Source of the DNA: an uncultured SAR86 cluster bacterium
Lineage (GTDB): Bacteria > Pseudomonadota > Gammaproteobacteria > Magnimaribacterales > AG-339-G14
Assembly: GCA_902540995.1 (NCBI GenBank)
Contig: CACBOY010000003.1
Span: 6,703 to 70,702 of the forward strand
Reading direction: 5' to 3'
DNA length: 64,000 nt
Part shown: positions 18,038 through 26,611 of the stretch, piece after piece
How positions within the stretch are numbered: the stretch's first letter is position 1
Layout of the letters: each line of letters starts with the position of its first letter
Made by a program: the position numbers and the translations under genes
Notes under the pieces: model-generated
Seen by the model: only the letters and a program-made list of their open reading frames with translations
Told to the model about the DNA's origin: nothing
Database searches by the model: none

Positions 18038-18536
18038 TTTTGAAAACCAATTTAATCAGCTCTGAAAAGCTCTGAAGAATCAAAAGAACAGGAAAAATAA
18101 TTAAGCTTGTTTTGAAAAGATACACAAAAGGAAGACCACCTGGTTCTGGAGAAATTTCATTGATAGACCAAGCGAAGTAAACGTATTCAAATGAAAATAT
18201 TAAAATTACCCAAGCAAAGGGTTGTAAAAAAAACAGATTTCCAAAAATATTTACCATTCTTTTTCTTTTATCCGACAATTCTCTGTAGAAAATGTCTACT
18301 CTGACATGCGCATCATCTTTAAGAGCTAATGCGGCATAAAATAGAAAAAGCATCCCATGTGAATAGACGAGCAGTTCTTGCATTGCAACGACTCCGATTT
18401 CAAAAACGTATCTTAAGATGACAATCATCGAGCTAAGAAAAATCATTAATAAAATGAGCCAAGAAGAAATATTTCCGAAAAAGAAAGGAAATAAATTAAG
18501 TATATTCTCAATGGTTTTGGTAATTTTTTTGAGCAT
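18030..18536 (-). CDS. dctQ: TRAP transporter small permease (DctQ)
   Basis: 168 aa with 4 TM helices, immediately upstream of and overlapping dctM. Confidence 0.75.
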   Translation of the reverse strand: MLKKITKTIENILNLFPFFFGNISSWLILLMIFLSSMIVILRYVFEIGVVAMQELLVYSHGMLFLFYAALALKDDAHVRVDIFYRELSDKRKRMVNIFGNLFFLQPFAWVILIFSFEYVYFAWSINEISPEPGGLPFVYLFKTSLIIFPVLLILQSFSELIKLVFKND

Positions 18537-18561
18537 TGAAATATGATTTAATAATACTGTA

Positions 18562-19326
18562 ATGATTATAGTTCTATCTCCAGCTAAGACGTTAGATTAT
18601 TCTTTTTCAGAAAAGGGACTGGATTTCTCAGTACCGCCTTTTTTGGCTAAATCTAAAAATTTAGTGTCTACTATGAAGAAATTCAATAAATCTGAGTTGT
18701 CTTCTTTAATGGGAGTCAGTGAAAAAATTTCTGTTTTAAACCATGATAGATTCCAGAATTGGTCTCAAGCAACCAAACCTTCAGCTCATGCGAAACAAGC
18801 TGGATTTGTTTTTAAAGGAGATGTCTATCAAGGACTGGAGTTTGAAAAACTTTCAAAACAAGACATAAATTTTGCACAAAAACACCTCAGGATCCTTTCC
18901 GGACTTTATGGAGTTTTAAAACCATTAGATATTATTTTGCCTTACCGTCTTGAGATGGGTACTAAAATTTCTGTTGCAAAAAACAAGGACTTGTATGAGT
19001 TTTGGAAAGAAGAAATTACCAATCATTTAAACAAAGATCTCAAAGCAACTTCTATTTTGGTGAATCTTGCTTCTATTGAATATTTTTCATCTATTAACAC
19101 TGAAAAGTTGAAAAGCCGAGTCATCAGTCCCGTCTTTAAAGATTTTAAAAACGGCCAATTCAAGATAATTAGCTTTTACGCGAAAAAGGCTAGAGGATTA
19201 ATGGCCAAATATTTGATTGAAAACCGAGCTAAAACTTCTGAAGATCTTCAAAAATTCAATCTAGACGGCTATAAATTTTCCAAAAAAGATTCGACTGAGG
19301 ATAGCCCAGTTTTTCTAAGAAAATAA
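18562..19326 (+). CDS. yaaA: peroxide stress protein YaaA (UPF0246)
   Basis: 254 aa, collinear with E. coli YaaA (SPAKTLDY, FKGDVY.GL, HLRILSGLYGVLKPLD, YRLEMG, KIISFYAKKARGLM). Confidence 0.85.
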   Translation: MIIVLSPAKTLDYSFSEKGLDFSVPPFLAKSKNLVSTMKKFNKSELSSLMGVSEKISVLNHDRFQNWSQATKPSAHAKQAGFVFKGDVYQGLEFEKLSKQDINFAQKHLRILSGLYGVLKPLDIILPYRLEMGTKISVAKNKDLYEFWKEEITNHLNKDLKATSILVNLASIEYFSSINTEKLKSRVISPVFKDFKNGQFKIISFYAKKARGLMAKYLIENRAKTSEDLQKFNLDGYKFSKKDSTEDSPVFLRK

Positions 19327-19327
19327 C

Positions 19328-20206
19328 CTACCCTTGATATCCACCATCAAGATATTTTTTTCCAGTTCTTGGAATTAAATCATCAAACTCTGGATCTTTA
19401 TTATTTGCTTTTGCTTCAAAGGCTACAGACATCTCATCACTAATTCCCATTGCAGCATTCCACAAAGCAACATGATTTAAAGACTCTTCAATTGTATGAT
19501 CTCGTCCATAATTAAGAATTTCTTTTGTTCCCGCAACTGCCAAAGGACCTTTGGAAGCAATTTCTTCTGCAATAATTTTCACCGCTGACATCATTTCTTC
19601 ATGGGAATCAAAAACTTTGTTTACCAAGCCATGAGCTTTTGCTTCATCAGCAAAAAACCTTCTGCCTGTGTAAGCTAATTCTCTTACTACTCCTTCTGGA
19701 ATCAATCTTGGAATTCTTTGCAAAGTTCCAACATCTGCTGCCATCCCAATATTAATTTCTTGGATACAAAAGAAAGCTTCTTTAGTACAGAATCTCATAT
19801 CTGTTGCTGTTGCCAGGTCTAAACCACCACCTATACAACCTCCTTGAATAGCTGAAATAACTGGAATTCTTGCTTTTTCAAGAGAAGTGATTGTATGTTG
19901 AAGGTCAAGAGTGATTCTAAAACCTGCTTCCTTTTTCATTCCATTATGGGTATTGGAAGATTTTGGCTCAGTGGGATTGTCGCTCAATGAAAAGTTAGCT
20001 AAATCCATTCCGGCACAAAAATGTTTTCCTGTAGAAGACAGGACTATTACCCTTGCACTGGCATCATCAGATATTTTTTCAACAAGATGAGGCAATTCTG
20101 ACCAAAATGCTTTATTCATAGTATTGTATTCATCTGGTCGACACATGGTTACATACGCCACTTTGTTTTTTATTTCTAAATCAAAACAAGTATATTTATT
20201 TGTCAT
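19328..20206 (-). CDS. crotonase-family enzyme, ECH1-like delta(3,5)-delta(2,4)-dienoyl-CoA isomerase / enoyl-CoA hydratase
   Basis: 292 aa. It carries FCAGMDL, GGCIGGGLDLATATDMRF and IGMAADVGTLQRIPR, which closely match the ECH1-type subfamily signature. Confidence 0.8.
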   Translation of the reverse strand: MTNKYTCFDLEIKNKVAYVTMCRPDEYNTMNKAFWSELPHLVEKISDDASARVIVLSSTGKHFCAGMDLANFSLSDNPTEPKSSNTHNGMKKEAGFRITLDLQHTITSLEKARIPVISAIQGGCIGGGLDLATATDMRFCTKEAFFCIQEINIGMAADVGTLQRIPRLIPEGVVRELAYTGRRFFADEAKAHGLVNKVFDSHEEMMSAVKIIAEEIASKGPLAVAGTKEILNYGRDHTIEESLNHVALWNAAMGISDEMSVAFEAKANNKDPEFDDLIPRTGKKYLDGGYQG

Positions 20207-20218
20207 TTCAACTCCTTT

Positions 20219-20386
20219 TTACTTTTTAAGTTTTTCAATCAAATCTATTGAAAGCTCTTCAAGTTCTTCAATTAACTCAAACTCTTTATGATGAGGCATT
20301 ACAACCTTTCTATTTTTCAGACTAAGTCTCTTTAGACCAGAATGAATGTCTTCAGCTTGTTTCAATAAATCTTCTTTATCAACCAT
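20219..20386 (-). CDS. possible 55-aa protein upstream of the crotonase gene (below the ORF-track size cutoff)
   Basis: I translated it by hand as MVDKEDLLKQAEDIHSGLKRLSLKNRKVVMPHHKEFELIEELEELSIDLIEKLKK. It ends 12 nt before the crotonase ATG and fills an otherwise empty 239-nt gap. The Shine-Dalgarno is weak. Confidence 0.3.
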   Translation of the reverse strand: MVDKEDLLKQAEDIHSGLKRLSLKNRKVVMPHHKEFELIEELEELSIDLIEKLKK

Positions 20387-20445
20387 AATATGTTCTCTAA
20401 TTAGAATGTTATTGTAATTTATAAATAGTATTTATAAAAATAATC

Positions 20446-21246
20446 ATGAATAAAGTGAATCAAACTCATATCTCAGAAAAGTTAATTAAAATATTCAAAA
20501 GCGCGAAAAAGTTTTTTGTTAATTTTGACTCAATAGATCTTAAGGTAAGTTATAAAAAAGATAACTCTCCTCTGACAATCTTAGATACCGAGGTAGACCA
20601 ATTCATAAGAAAAGAGCTAAAAAAAATTAATCAAGATTTTGCACTCATCTCCGAAGAGACTAGCCAAGAACAAGCAAATTCTGAATACGCTTGGATCATA
20701 GATCCTATAGATGGTACAAAAGAATTAATAAATGGCAGTGATGAATTTACTTTAAACATTGCCCTAATTAACAAACAAAAACCAATACTTGGCGCTATCT
20801 ATCAACCCATGAAAGATAGCATCTTTTTAGGCGGTACTGATTTACCAGCAAAAAAAATTATTGATGAAGAAATGGCGTTTCTTTCTAATAAGAACAATCA
20901 AATCTGCAATGTTTTAATTAGTAAATCTCACAGCAGTGAAGAAGAAATGGATTTTTGTGCAAAAGTAATGTCTAAATTTAAGGGATCAAAAGTTATTAGA
21001 ATGGGAAGTTCGATAAAGTTTTGTAGGATTTGTGAAGGAATAGCAGACCTTTATCCTAGATTTGGAAATATTTATTCCTGGGATATCGCAGCTGGACACG
21101 CTATTTTAAAAGCTTTTGGAGGAGACGTATTGGATACAGACCTTCAAGAGATTTCTTATGATATGAACGAAAAACAGTTAATTAAGGGATTTTTTGCTTT
21201 TTCTAATAAAAAAAGGTTGGATTTTCTGAGGCAAATAGATTCTTAA
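20446..21246 (+). CDS. cysQ: inositol monophosphatase-family phosphatase, CysQ-like 3'(2'),5'-bisphosphate nucleotidase
   Basis: 266 aa with the metal-binding motifs SEE, WIIDPIDGT and WDIAAG. Confidence 0.7.
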   Translation: MNKVNQTHISEKLIKIFKSAKKFFVNFDSIDLKVSYKKDNSPLTILDTEVDQFIRKELKKINQDFALISEETSQEQANSEYAWIIDPIDGTKELINGSDEFTLNIALINKQKPILGAIYQPMKDSIFLGGTDLPAKKIIDEEMAFLSNKNNQICNVLISKSHSSEEEMDFCAKVMSKFKGSKVIRMGSSIKFCRICEGIADLYPRFGNIYSWDIAAGHAILKAFGGDVLDTDLQEISYDMNEKQLIKGFFAFSNKKRLDFLRQIDS

Positions 21247-21314
21247 ACTATTTTTATAACTTTTTTAGTAAATTATTTCTAAAAAGATGAAAAAAAGGTA
21301 TAAAATTCGCAATT

Positions 21315-22166
21315 ATGGGTAAAGAACTACAACCTATGGATATTTCTTCTCCAGGACAAAACCTGGAGTCCTATCTTAATTCTATTCAAAATATCTCTAT
21401 TTTAACTCCCGAAGAGGAGAAAAAACTTGCCGAAGAGCTTTACTATAATAATGACTTAGAAGCGGCTAGAAAGCTTGTAATGGCACATTTGAGGTTTGTC
21501 GCTCATGTGGCCAGAGGCTATTCCGGATATGGCCTTCCTCAAGCAGATCTTATTCAAGAAGGAAACGTTGGCCTTATGAAAGCTGTAAGGAAATTCAATC
21601 CAGAAGTTGGCGTCAGGCTCATATCCTTTGCGATTCATTGGATAAAATCTGAAATTCATGAATACATTTTAAAAAATTGGAAAATCGTCAAAGTAGCAAC
21701 TACCAAAGCTCAAAGAAAGCTTTTCTTTAATCTTAGAAGTAAAAGAAAAGAGTTAAATTGGCTCTCTTCTGATGAAGTAAAAATGATTTCCTCCGAATTA
21801 GGTGTAGACGAAAAATCTGTAAAAGAAATGGAATCCAGAATGAATTCTTCAGATGTTTCTTTTGACCCACCTGCAGAAGCCAATGACGATCAGGCATCTT
21901 ACAGCCCCGCTAATTACATTTCTGATTCAAGCATGGATCCAGCAGAGCTCATTGAAAAAAATGATTTAGAAAAACACAACAATAGCGAACTTCTTTCTGC
22001 TATTTCTGAATTAGATCAAAGAAGCAAAGAAATTTTAATGGATCGTTGGCTTAGTGACATGAAACCCACTCTCCACGAACTATCTGATAAATATGGAGTT
22101 AGCGCAGAAAGAATAAGGCAAATTGAAAAATCTGCCATGGACGTGATAAAGGAAAAATTGAGCTAA
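21315..22166 (+). CDS. rpoH: RNA polymerase sigma-32 (heat-shock sigma factor RpoH)
   Basis: 283 aa, collinear with E. coli RpoH. It includes the RpoH box QRKLFFNLR, plus LRFV.H.AR.Y.GYGLPQADLIQEGN.GLMKAVR.F and GVSAERIRQIE. Confidence 0.9.
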   Translation: MGKELQPMDISSPGQNLESYLNSIQNISILTPEEEKKLAEELYYNNDLEAARKLVMAHLRFVAHVARGYSGYGLPQADLIQEGNVGLMKAVRKFNPEVGVRLISFAIHWIKSEIHEYILKNWKIVKVATTKAQRKLFFNLRSKRKELNWLSSDEVKMISSELGVDEKSVKEMESRMNSSDVSFDPPAEANDDQASYSPANYISDSSMDPAELIEKNDLEKHNNSELLSAISELDQRSKEILMDRWLSDMKPTLHELSDKYGVSAERIRQIEKSAMDVIKEKLS

Positions 22167-22169
22167 ATT

Positions 22170-22385
22170 TTGGTAAGCTCTCCAATAAAAATCTTCATAA
22201 ACGGCGATTTAAAAAAATTTCCTCAAGAAACAAATATCGTCTCTGTCTTAGAGTCTCTAAATATATCTTCCAAACACATTGCAATTGAAATAAATGAAAA
22301 TTTGGTTTTTAGATCAGATTGGCAGGAAACCAATCTTAAAAATGGAGATAAAGTAGAAATTGTAAAAGCGATAGGTGGTGGTTAA
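22170..22385 (+). CDS. thiS: sulfur carrier protein ThiS
   Basis: 71 aa ending in GG, with a ubiquitin-like ThiS pattern (I.ING...........L......AIE.N). It has a TTG start 3 nt after the rpoH stop and lies directly upstream of thiG. Confidence 0.75.
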   Translation: MVSSPIKIFINGDLKKFPQETNIVSVLESLNISSKHIAIEINENLVFRSDWQETNLKNGDKVEIVKAIGGG

Positions 22386-23165
22386 TTGACTCAGGACAGC
22401 TTAGTCGTTGCGGGAAAAAACTATTCATCAAGACTTCTAGTAGGTACAGGTAAATATAAAGATGAAGCTGAAGCAATTACCTCTATTGAAGCTTCGGGAG
22501 CAGAAATTGTTACCGTTGCTGTTAGAAGAATAGACCTTCAAAACGATAAAGATTCTTCAATTCTTGATTATATATCTCCGGATAAATACACAATTCTTCC
22601 TAATACTGCTGGTGCCTATTCAACAAAAGATGCAGTGCGGATGGCCAAATTAGGTAGAGAGATTTTGGGTGGTAAAAACTTACTAAAGTTAGAAGTACTT
22701 GATGATCCAAAAACGTTACTACCAAATATGGATTCGACCATAGAGGCAGCAGAAATTTTAGTAAGAGACGGTTTTGAGGTAATGGTTTATTGCACAGCTG
22801 ATTATGAAAGTTGCATGAAACTTGAAGATATTGGATGTGTTTCCATAATGCCATTAGCTGCACCCATTGGTTCTGGCCAGGGTATTGCAGAGCCTCAAAA
22901 AATTCAAAAAATTATTGATTCAGTTTCTGTGCCAGTCATTATTGATGCTGGTATTGGTACTGCTTCAGATGCTTCAATAGCAATGGAAATGGGGGCTGAT
23001 GCAGTTTTATTAAACACCGCCATTGCAAAATCTGAAAATCCTACTCAGATGGCCTTAGCAATGAAATTAGCAGTTGAATCAGGAAGGCTTGCCCACAAAT
23101 CAGGAAGAATTCCTAAATCCCAACCTAGTCCTAGCTCTCCAGAAAAAGGCATCATTGAGTCTTGA
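22386..23165 (+). CDS. thiG: thiazole synthase ThiG
   Basis: 259 aa with the motifs GTGKY, VTVA.RR, LPNTAG, MPL.APIGSG.G and IIDAGIG..SDA..AME.GADAVL.NTAIA. It has a TTG start abutting the thiS stop. Confidence 0.9.
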   Translation: MTQDSLVVAGKNYSSRLLVGTGKYKDEAEAITSIEASGAEIVTVAVRRIDLQNDKDSSILDYISPDKYTILPNTAGAYSTKDAVRMAKLGREILGGKNLLKLEVLDDPKTLLPNMDSTIEAAEILVRDGFEVMVYCTADYESCMKLEDIGCVSIMPLAAPIGSGQGIAEPQKIQKIIDSVSVPVIIDAGIGTASDASIAMEMGADAVLLNTAIAKSENPTQMALAMKLAVESGRLAHKSGRIPKSQPSPSSPEKGIIES

Positions 23166-23815
23166 AAAGAGAGGTTAAATCTTTTGTGCATGTTCGCAGC
23201 AGAACATCCAAAAAAGATCTAGAAATTTTCGAGAAATTTAAAAATAAGAATTTTTTTGACTCAAAAGAAGTTAGCCATATCTCAAAATTACTTCTGGAAA
23301 AAAAAATTAATATTCTTGAAATAGGCTTTGGAGATGGTAACAACTTAATTGAAAAGGCAATGGCCAACTCTAATATGAACTTTTATGGGATTGAAGTTTT
23401 TAAGTCTGGTATTGCCTCCGTTTTGAAACAGGTGCAAATTCATGATTTAAAAAACATATGTTTGTTTTATGGCGATGCAAAAGATTTTTTAGAAAAAATT
23501 GAAAAACCTTTTTTTGATTTTATTTTTATTTTATTTCCAGATCCTTGGCCGAAAAAAAAACATTGGAAAAGAAGGTTGATAGACCGAAATTTTCTAAATC
23601 TCATAAAACAAAATCTAAAAGAAAAGGGACGCTTGATCGTCAAGACAGACTGGCAAGATTATGCCGATGATATAAAAAAAGACTTTGCAGAATTCAAAGT
23701 ATTGCATGATTCAAATGTTTTGCAGTCACTCAAACCCATACAAACAAAATATGAGGGGAAAGCGATAGAAGAGGGTAGAGAAGTTTTTACTTATATAACT
23801 GATTTAAATGCTTAA
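23162..23815 (+). CDS. trmB: tRNA (guanine46-N7)-methyltransferase TrmB
   Basis: 217 aa with the motifs EIGFG.G, FYGIEV and FPDPWPKKKHWKRR. A TTG start overlaps the thiG stop. The N-terminal SFV..RSR matches the E. coli TrmB N-terminus. Confidence 0.85.
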   Translation: MKREVKSFVHVRSRTSKKDLEIFEKFKNKNFFDSKEVSHISKLLLEKKINILEIGFGDGNNLIEKAMANSNMNFYGIEVFKSGIASVLKQVQIHDLKNICLFYGDAKDFLEKIEKPFFDFIFILFPDPWPKKKHWKRRLIDRNFLNLIKQNLKEKGRLIVKTDWQDYADDIKKDFAEFKVLHDSNVLQSLKPIQTKYEGKAIEEGREVFTYITDLNA

Positions 23816-24374
23816 GTATTTCTTGAGTAGATTTTGCTCTGTGACTTATTTTCATTCTCTCTTCAAATGAGACCTCTGCCAAAGTTTGACAAGAATTTTT
23901 AATTTTAAAAATTGGGTCATAACCAAATCCTTTATCACCTTTTTTTTCTTTGATGATTTCTCCTTCTAATTCGCCAAAAGAAAAAAGCTCAAGATTCTTT
24001 TGTGGATCATAAAACGCTAATGTGGAAACAAATTTTGCTTTAGTATTTTCTAAATTTTTAACTGCTTTGAGCAATTTTTTTATATTTGTCTCATCAGTTG
24101 CATGTTTTCCTGAATATCTAGCAGAAAAAAGCCCGGGATCGTTATTTAGTAATTTTACTTCGAGGCCTGAGTCATCTCCAAGCGAGGGATGATTACTAAG
24201 CTCACTCGCTTTTTTAGCTTTTAACATCGCATTTTCTTCATAAGAGCTTCCTGTCTCATCAATGTCTTCAGTTGTGAAGTCTTTTAACGAAAGAATCTCA
24301 AAACAGGAGTTGCTAAATAAGTCTTTGAATTCTTTGAATTTACCTTTGTTAAAAGTTGCAATAACTATCTTCAA
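23787..24374 (-). CDS. rdgB: dITP/XTP pyrophosphatase (RdgB / Ham1 family)
   Basis: 195 aa with the motifs ATFNKGKFKEF, DDSGLEV, PG..SARY, GFGYDPIF and SHR. Confidence 0.85.
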   Translation of the reverse strand: MKIVIATFNKGKFKEFKDLFSNSCFEILSLKDFTTEDIDETGSSYEENAMLKAKKASELSNHPSLGDDSGLEVKLLNNDPGLFSARYSGKHATDETNIKKLLKAVKNLENTKAKFVSTLAFYDPQKNLELFSFGELEGEIIKEKKGDKGFGYDPIFKIKNSCQTLAEVSFEERMKISHRAKSTQEILKHLNQLYK

Positions 24375-24955
24375 TTTTCTTTGACAAGCTTATAGAGAGC
24401 CACTTCTGAAAATAGATTTGGTAAAAGTTTCATTAGAATGCTTTCTTCACCATTTATTTTTGAAAGTTTTCTCTCAACAATTTTGATCTTAGATTTCTTA
24501 CAAAGTTCCTCGAAATCCTCCAAAGAGCAAAGATGTAAATTTGGCGTTGAGTACCAATCGTAAGGCAAAGCACTCGAAACTGGCATTTGTCCCTTAAAAA
24601 AAAGTTGAAGCCTGCATTTGATATTTGCAAAATTTGGAATAGAAACAATACATTCTTTTCCAATTCGAACAATCTCTTCTAATGCTACTTCCGGTTTTTT
24701 AAGAGCCTGGATAGATTGACTCATCACAACATAATCAAAAGATTGGTTGCCAAAATTTTCCAAACCACTATCGATATCTTGCTCTATAACTGAGATTCCT
24801 TTTTTTAAACAGCTTTTTATTTTTTCTGCATCTATTTCAATACCTAAACCGGAAGCAGACTTTTCTTTCCTTAAATCGTTAAGAAGAGACCCATCTCCAC
24901 AACCAAGATCTAGAACTTTGGAGTCTCGAGAAATCCAATCATTTATCTTAAACAT
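24371..24955 (-). CDS. metW: methionine biosynthesis protein MetW
   Basis: 194 aa with the SAM-MTase-like VLDLGCGDG motif. Its position overlaps metX, as in Pseudomonas-type metXW pairs. Confidence 0.85.
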   Translation of the reverse strand: MFKINDWISRDSKVLDLGCGDGSLLNDLRKEKSASGLGIEIDAEKIKSCLKKGISVIEQDIDSGLENFGNQSFDYVVMSQSIQALKKPEVALEEIVRIGKECIVSIPNFANIKCRLQLFFKGQMPVSSALPYDWYSTPNLHLCSLEDFEELCKKSKIKIVERKLSKINGEESILMKLLPNLFSEVALYKLVKEN

Positions 24956-26054
24956 CTGCCTCTAAAAAACTATTAATAGCATTTTCATATCTATCGTTTT
25001 TCATTAAAAAACTATCATGGCCTTGAATGGAATCAATATCCAAGTAACTTACTTTTTTTTCTGCATGAATTAAGGCGTCTACGATTTCTTTGGATCTTTC
25101 TGAGGGAAATCTCCAATCAGATTTAAAAGATACAACTAAGAACTGACATGTTGCTTTTGAAAGGGTTTCAGATAGATTCCCGTCGTTCTTTTTTGCAGGA
25201 TCAAAATAATCTAAAGCTTTCGTCATCAGTAAGTACGTATGTGCATTAAAACTTTTTGAAAAATTTGCTCCTTGATATCTTAAATAACTTTCTATTTCAA
25301 ACTCAACATCATAGCCGTATGCAATTTTTTCCTTCTTCAACTCTCTGCCAAATTTATTTTTCATTGATTCTTCAGAAAGATACGTAATGTGTCCTAACAT
25401 TCTTGCAAGTCCTAATCCCTTTTCAGGGTGCGCATCTCCTTTTGTAAAATCAGGATCTGAAATAATTGATTGTCTTGCAACTTCATTGAAAGCGATATTT
25501 TGAGTACTTAGCTTTGGAGCAGCTGCAATGATGATAGCCTTTGATAATTTATTAGGAAATTCAATCGCCCATTGCAAGGCTTGCATCCCTCCAAGACTAC
25601 CTCCAGCAACACTAAGCCATTTTTCAATATTGAGCTCTTCTCTTAAAAGATTTTGGCTGTTAACCCAATCGGAAACTGTAACGATTGGAAAATTAGCACC
25701 AAATTCTTTACCGGTTTGATCGTCAATTGAACCTGGTCCGGTAGAGCCATGACATCCGCCAAGGTTATTCAAAGAAACAATATAGTATTTGTTAGTATCA
25801 AAGGCTTTTTCTGGTCCAATAAGTTCATCCCACCATCCAGGTTTCTTGTCTTCCTTTGAATAAACACCAGCGGCATGATGATTACCACTTAGAGCATGAC
25901 ATATCAAAATGGCATTAGATTTTTCTTTATTTAACTCTCCATAAGTTTCATAAATGAGTTCAAAACCATTCAAACTCTCACCAGATTCAAGGCGAAAACT
26001 TTGGCGGTGTTTAAACTTTCGTGGCTCAACAATGAGGTGATTATCTTCTGACAT
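24948..26054 (-). CDS. metX: homoserine O-acyltransferase MetX (acetyl or succinyl specificity not decidable here)
   Basis: 368 aa. It has NAILICHALSG.HH and the nucleophile elbow GGSLGGMQA, with length and order typical of MetX. Confidence 0.9.
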   Translation of the reverse strand: MSEDNHLIVEPRKFKHRQSFRLESGESLNGFELIYETYGELNKEKSNAILICHALSGNHHAAGVYSKEDKKPGWWDELIGPEKAFDTNKYYIVSLNNLGGCHGSTGPGSIDDQTGKEFGANFPIVTVSDWVNSQNLLREELNIEKWLSVAGGSLGGMQALQWAIEFPNKLSKAIIIAAAPKLSTQNIAFNEVARQSIISDPDFTKGDAHPEKGLGLARMLGHITYLSEESMKNKFGRELKKEKIAYGYDVEFEIESYLRYQGANFSKSFNAHTYLLMTKALDYFDPAKKNDGNLSETLSKATCQFLVVSFKSDWRFPSERSKEIVDALIHAEKKVSYLDIDSIQGHDSFLMKNDRYENAINSFLEADV

Positions 26055-26609
26055 TTATATTAGACTGGTTAAACCTAAAGAAAATTTTGCGTTATACAAA
26101 ATTCTATCAATTTGAATCAAAAGAAAAAAAACAATTATGGGCGAGAAGTCCATTCCGCCAAAAATAGTAAATTTTTGAAATGGCTTTAATAAGACATTGG
26201 TGATGGAGTTACAAAGCGATAAAAACTGATTAGTTGATGCAGGAAAAGCCCAGCTACCGATGATGGATATGAATAACCCATATCTTAAGATTTGACTAAA
26301 CATCAACAACACGCTGATTGCTGTCCAAGCCAAAGCCTCATTCAAGTTAAAATCTATTTCACTCCCTGAAAGAAAGATATAAAAACCTAAAGCTTTAAAG
26401 AAAAAGATTAGAGCCAAACAGGATAAATCGATTCGATATATCACTGGAAGAATCATGCGAAAGGGTCTTAAAAAAGGCTCTATAAAAGAGTAAGAACGAC
26501 TAACAATAATGTTGTTGAAATTTACTTCAAAGATCCTAAAAAAAAAGTAAATAGAAAGAACAATCGATATCAAATTAATGAATGTGAATATCACAAAGTT
26601 TGGATTCAT
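26055..26609 (-). CDS. yggT: YggT-family membrane protein
   Basis: 184-aa polytopic protein located between proC and metX, as in the yggS-proC-yggT clusters of gammaproteobacteria. Confidence 0.6.
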   Translation of the reverse strand: MNPNFVIFTFINLISIVLSIYFFFRIFEVNFNNIIVSRSYSFIEPFLRPFRMILPVIYRIDLSCLALIFFFKALGFYIFLSGSEIDFNLNEALAWTAISVLLMFSQILRYGLFISIIGSWAFPASTNQFLSLCNSITNVLLKPFQKFTIFGGMDFSPIIVFFLLIQIDRILYNAKFSLGLTSLI

Positions 26610-26611
26610 AT

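Noticed and set aside
16872-18065. 102-aa and 167-aa + strand ORFs (16872-17180 and 17562-18065) antisense to dctM.
   Set aside because: These are Lys/Pro/Ile-rich mirror translations of a hydrophobic membrane-protein gene. I find no independent support for them.
21287-21322. 11-codon upstream ORF (MKKRYKIRNYG) overlapping the rpoH start codon out of frame.
   Set aside because: Short A/T-rich ORFs of this length arise by chance in a genome of about 33% GC. It has no Shine-Dalgarno, and I have no conservation evidence. It would be worth revisiting only if it is conserved in rpoH leaders of relatives.
23552-23560. A9 homopolymer inside trmB, with similar A/T runs of 8-9 nt near 42885 and 55430, as possible slipped-strand phase-variation switches.
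   Set aside because: Such runs are expected at this base composition. They encode Lys or Phe stretches (PWPKKKHW, FFFS) that are part of conserved motifs or signal peptides, and the frames are intact.
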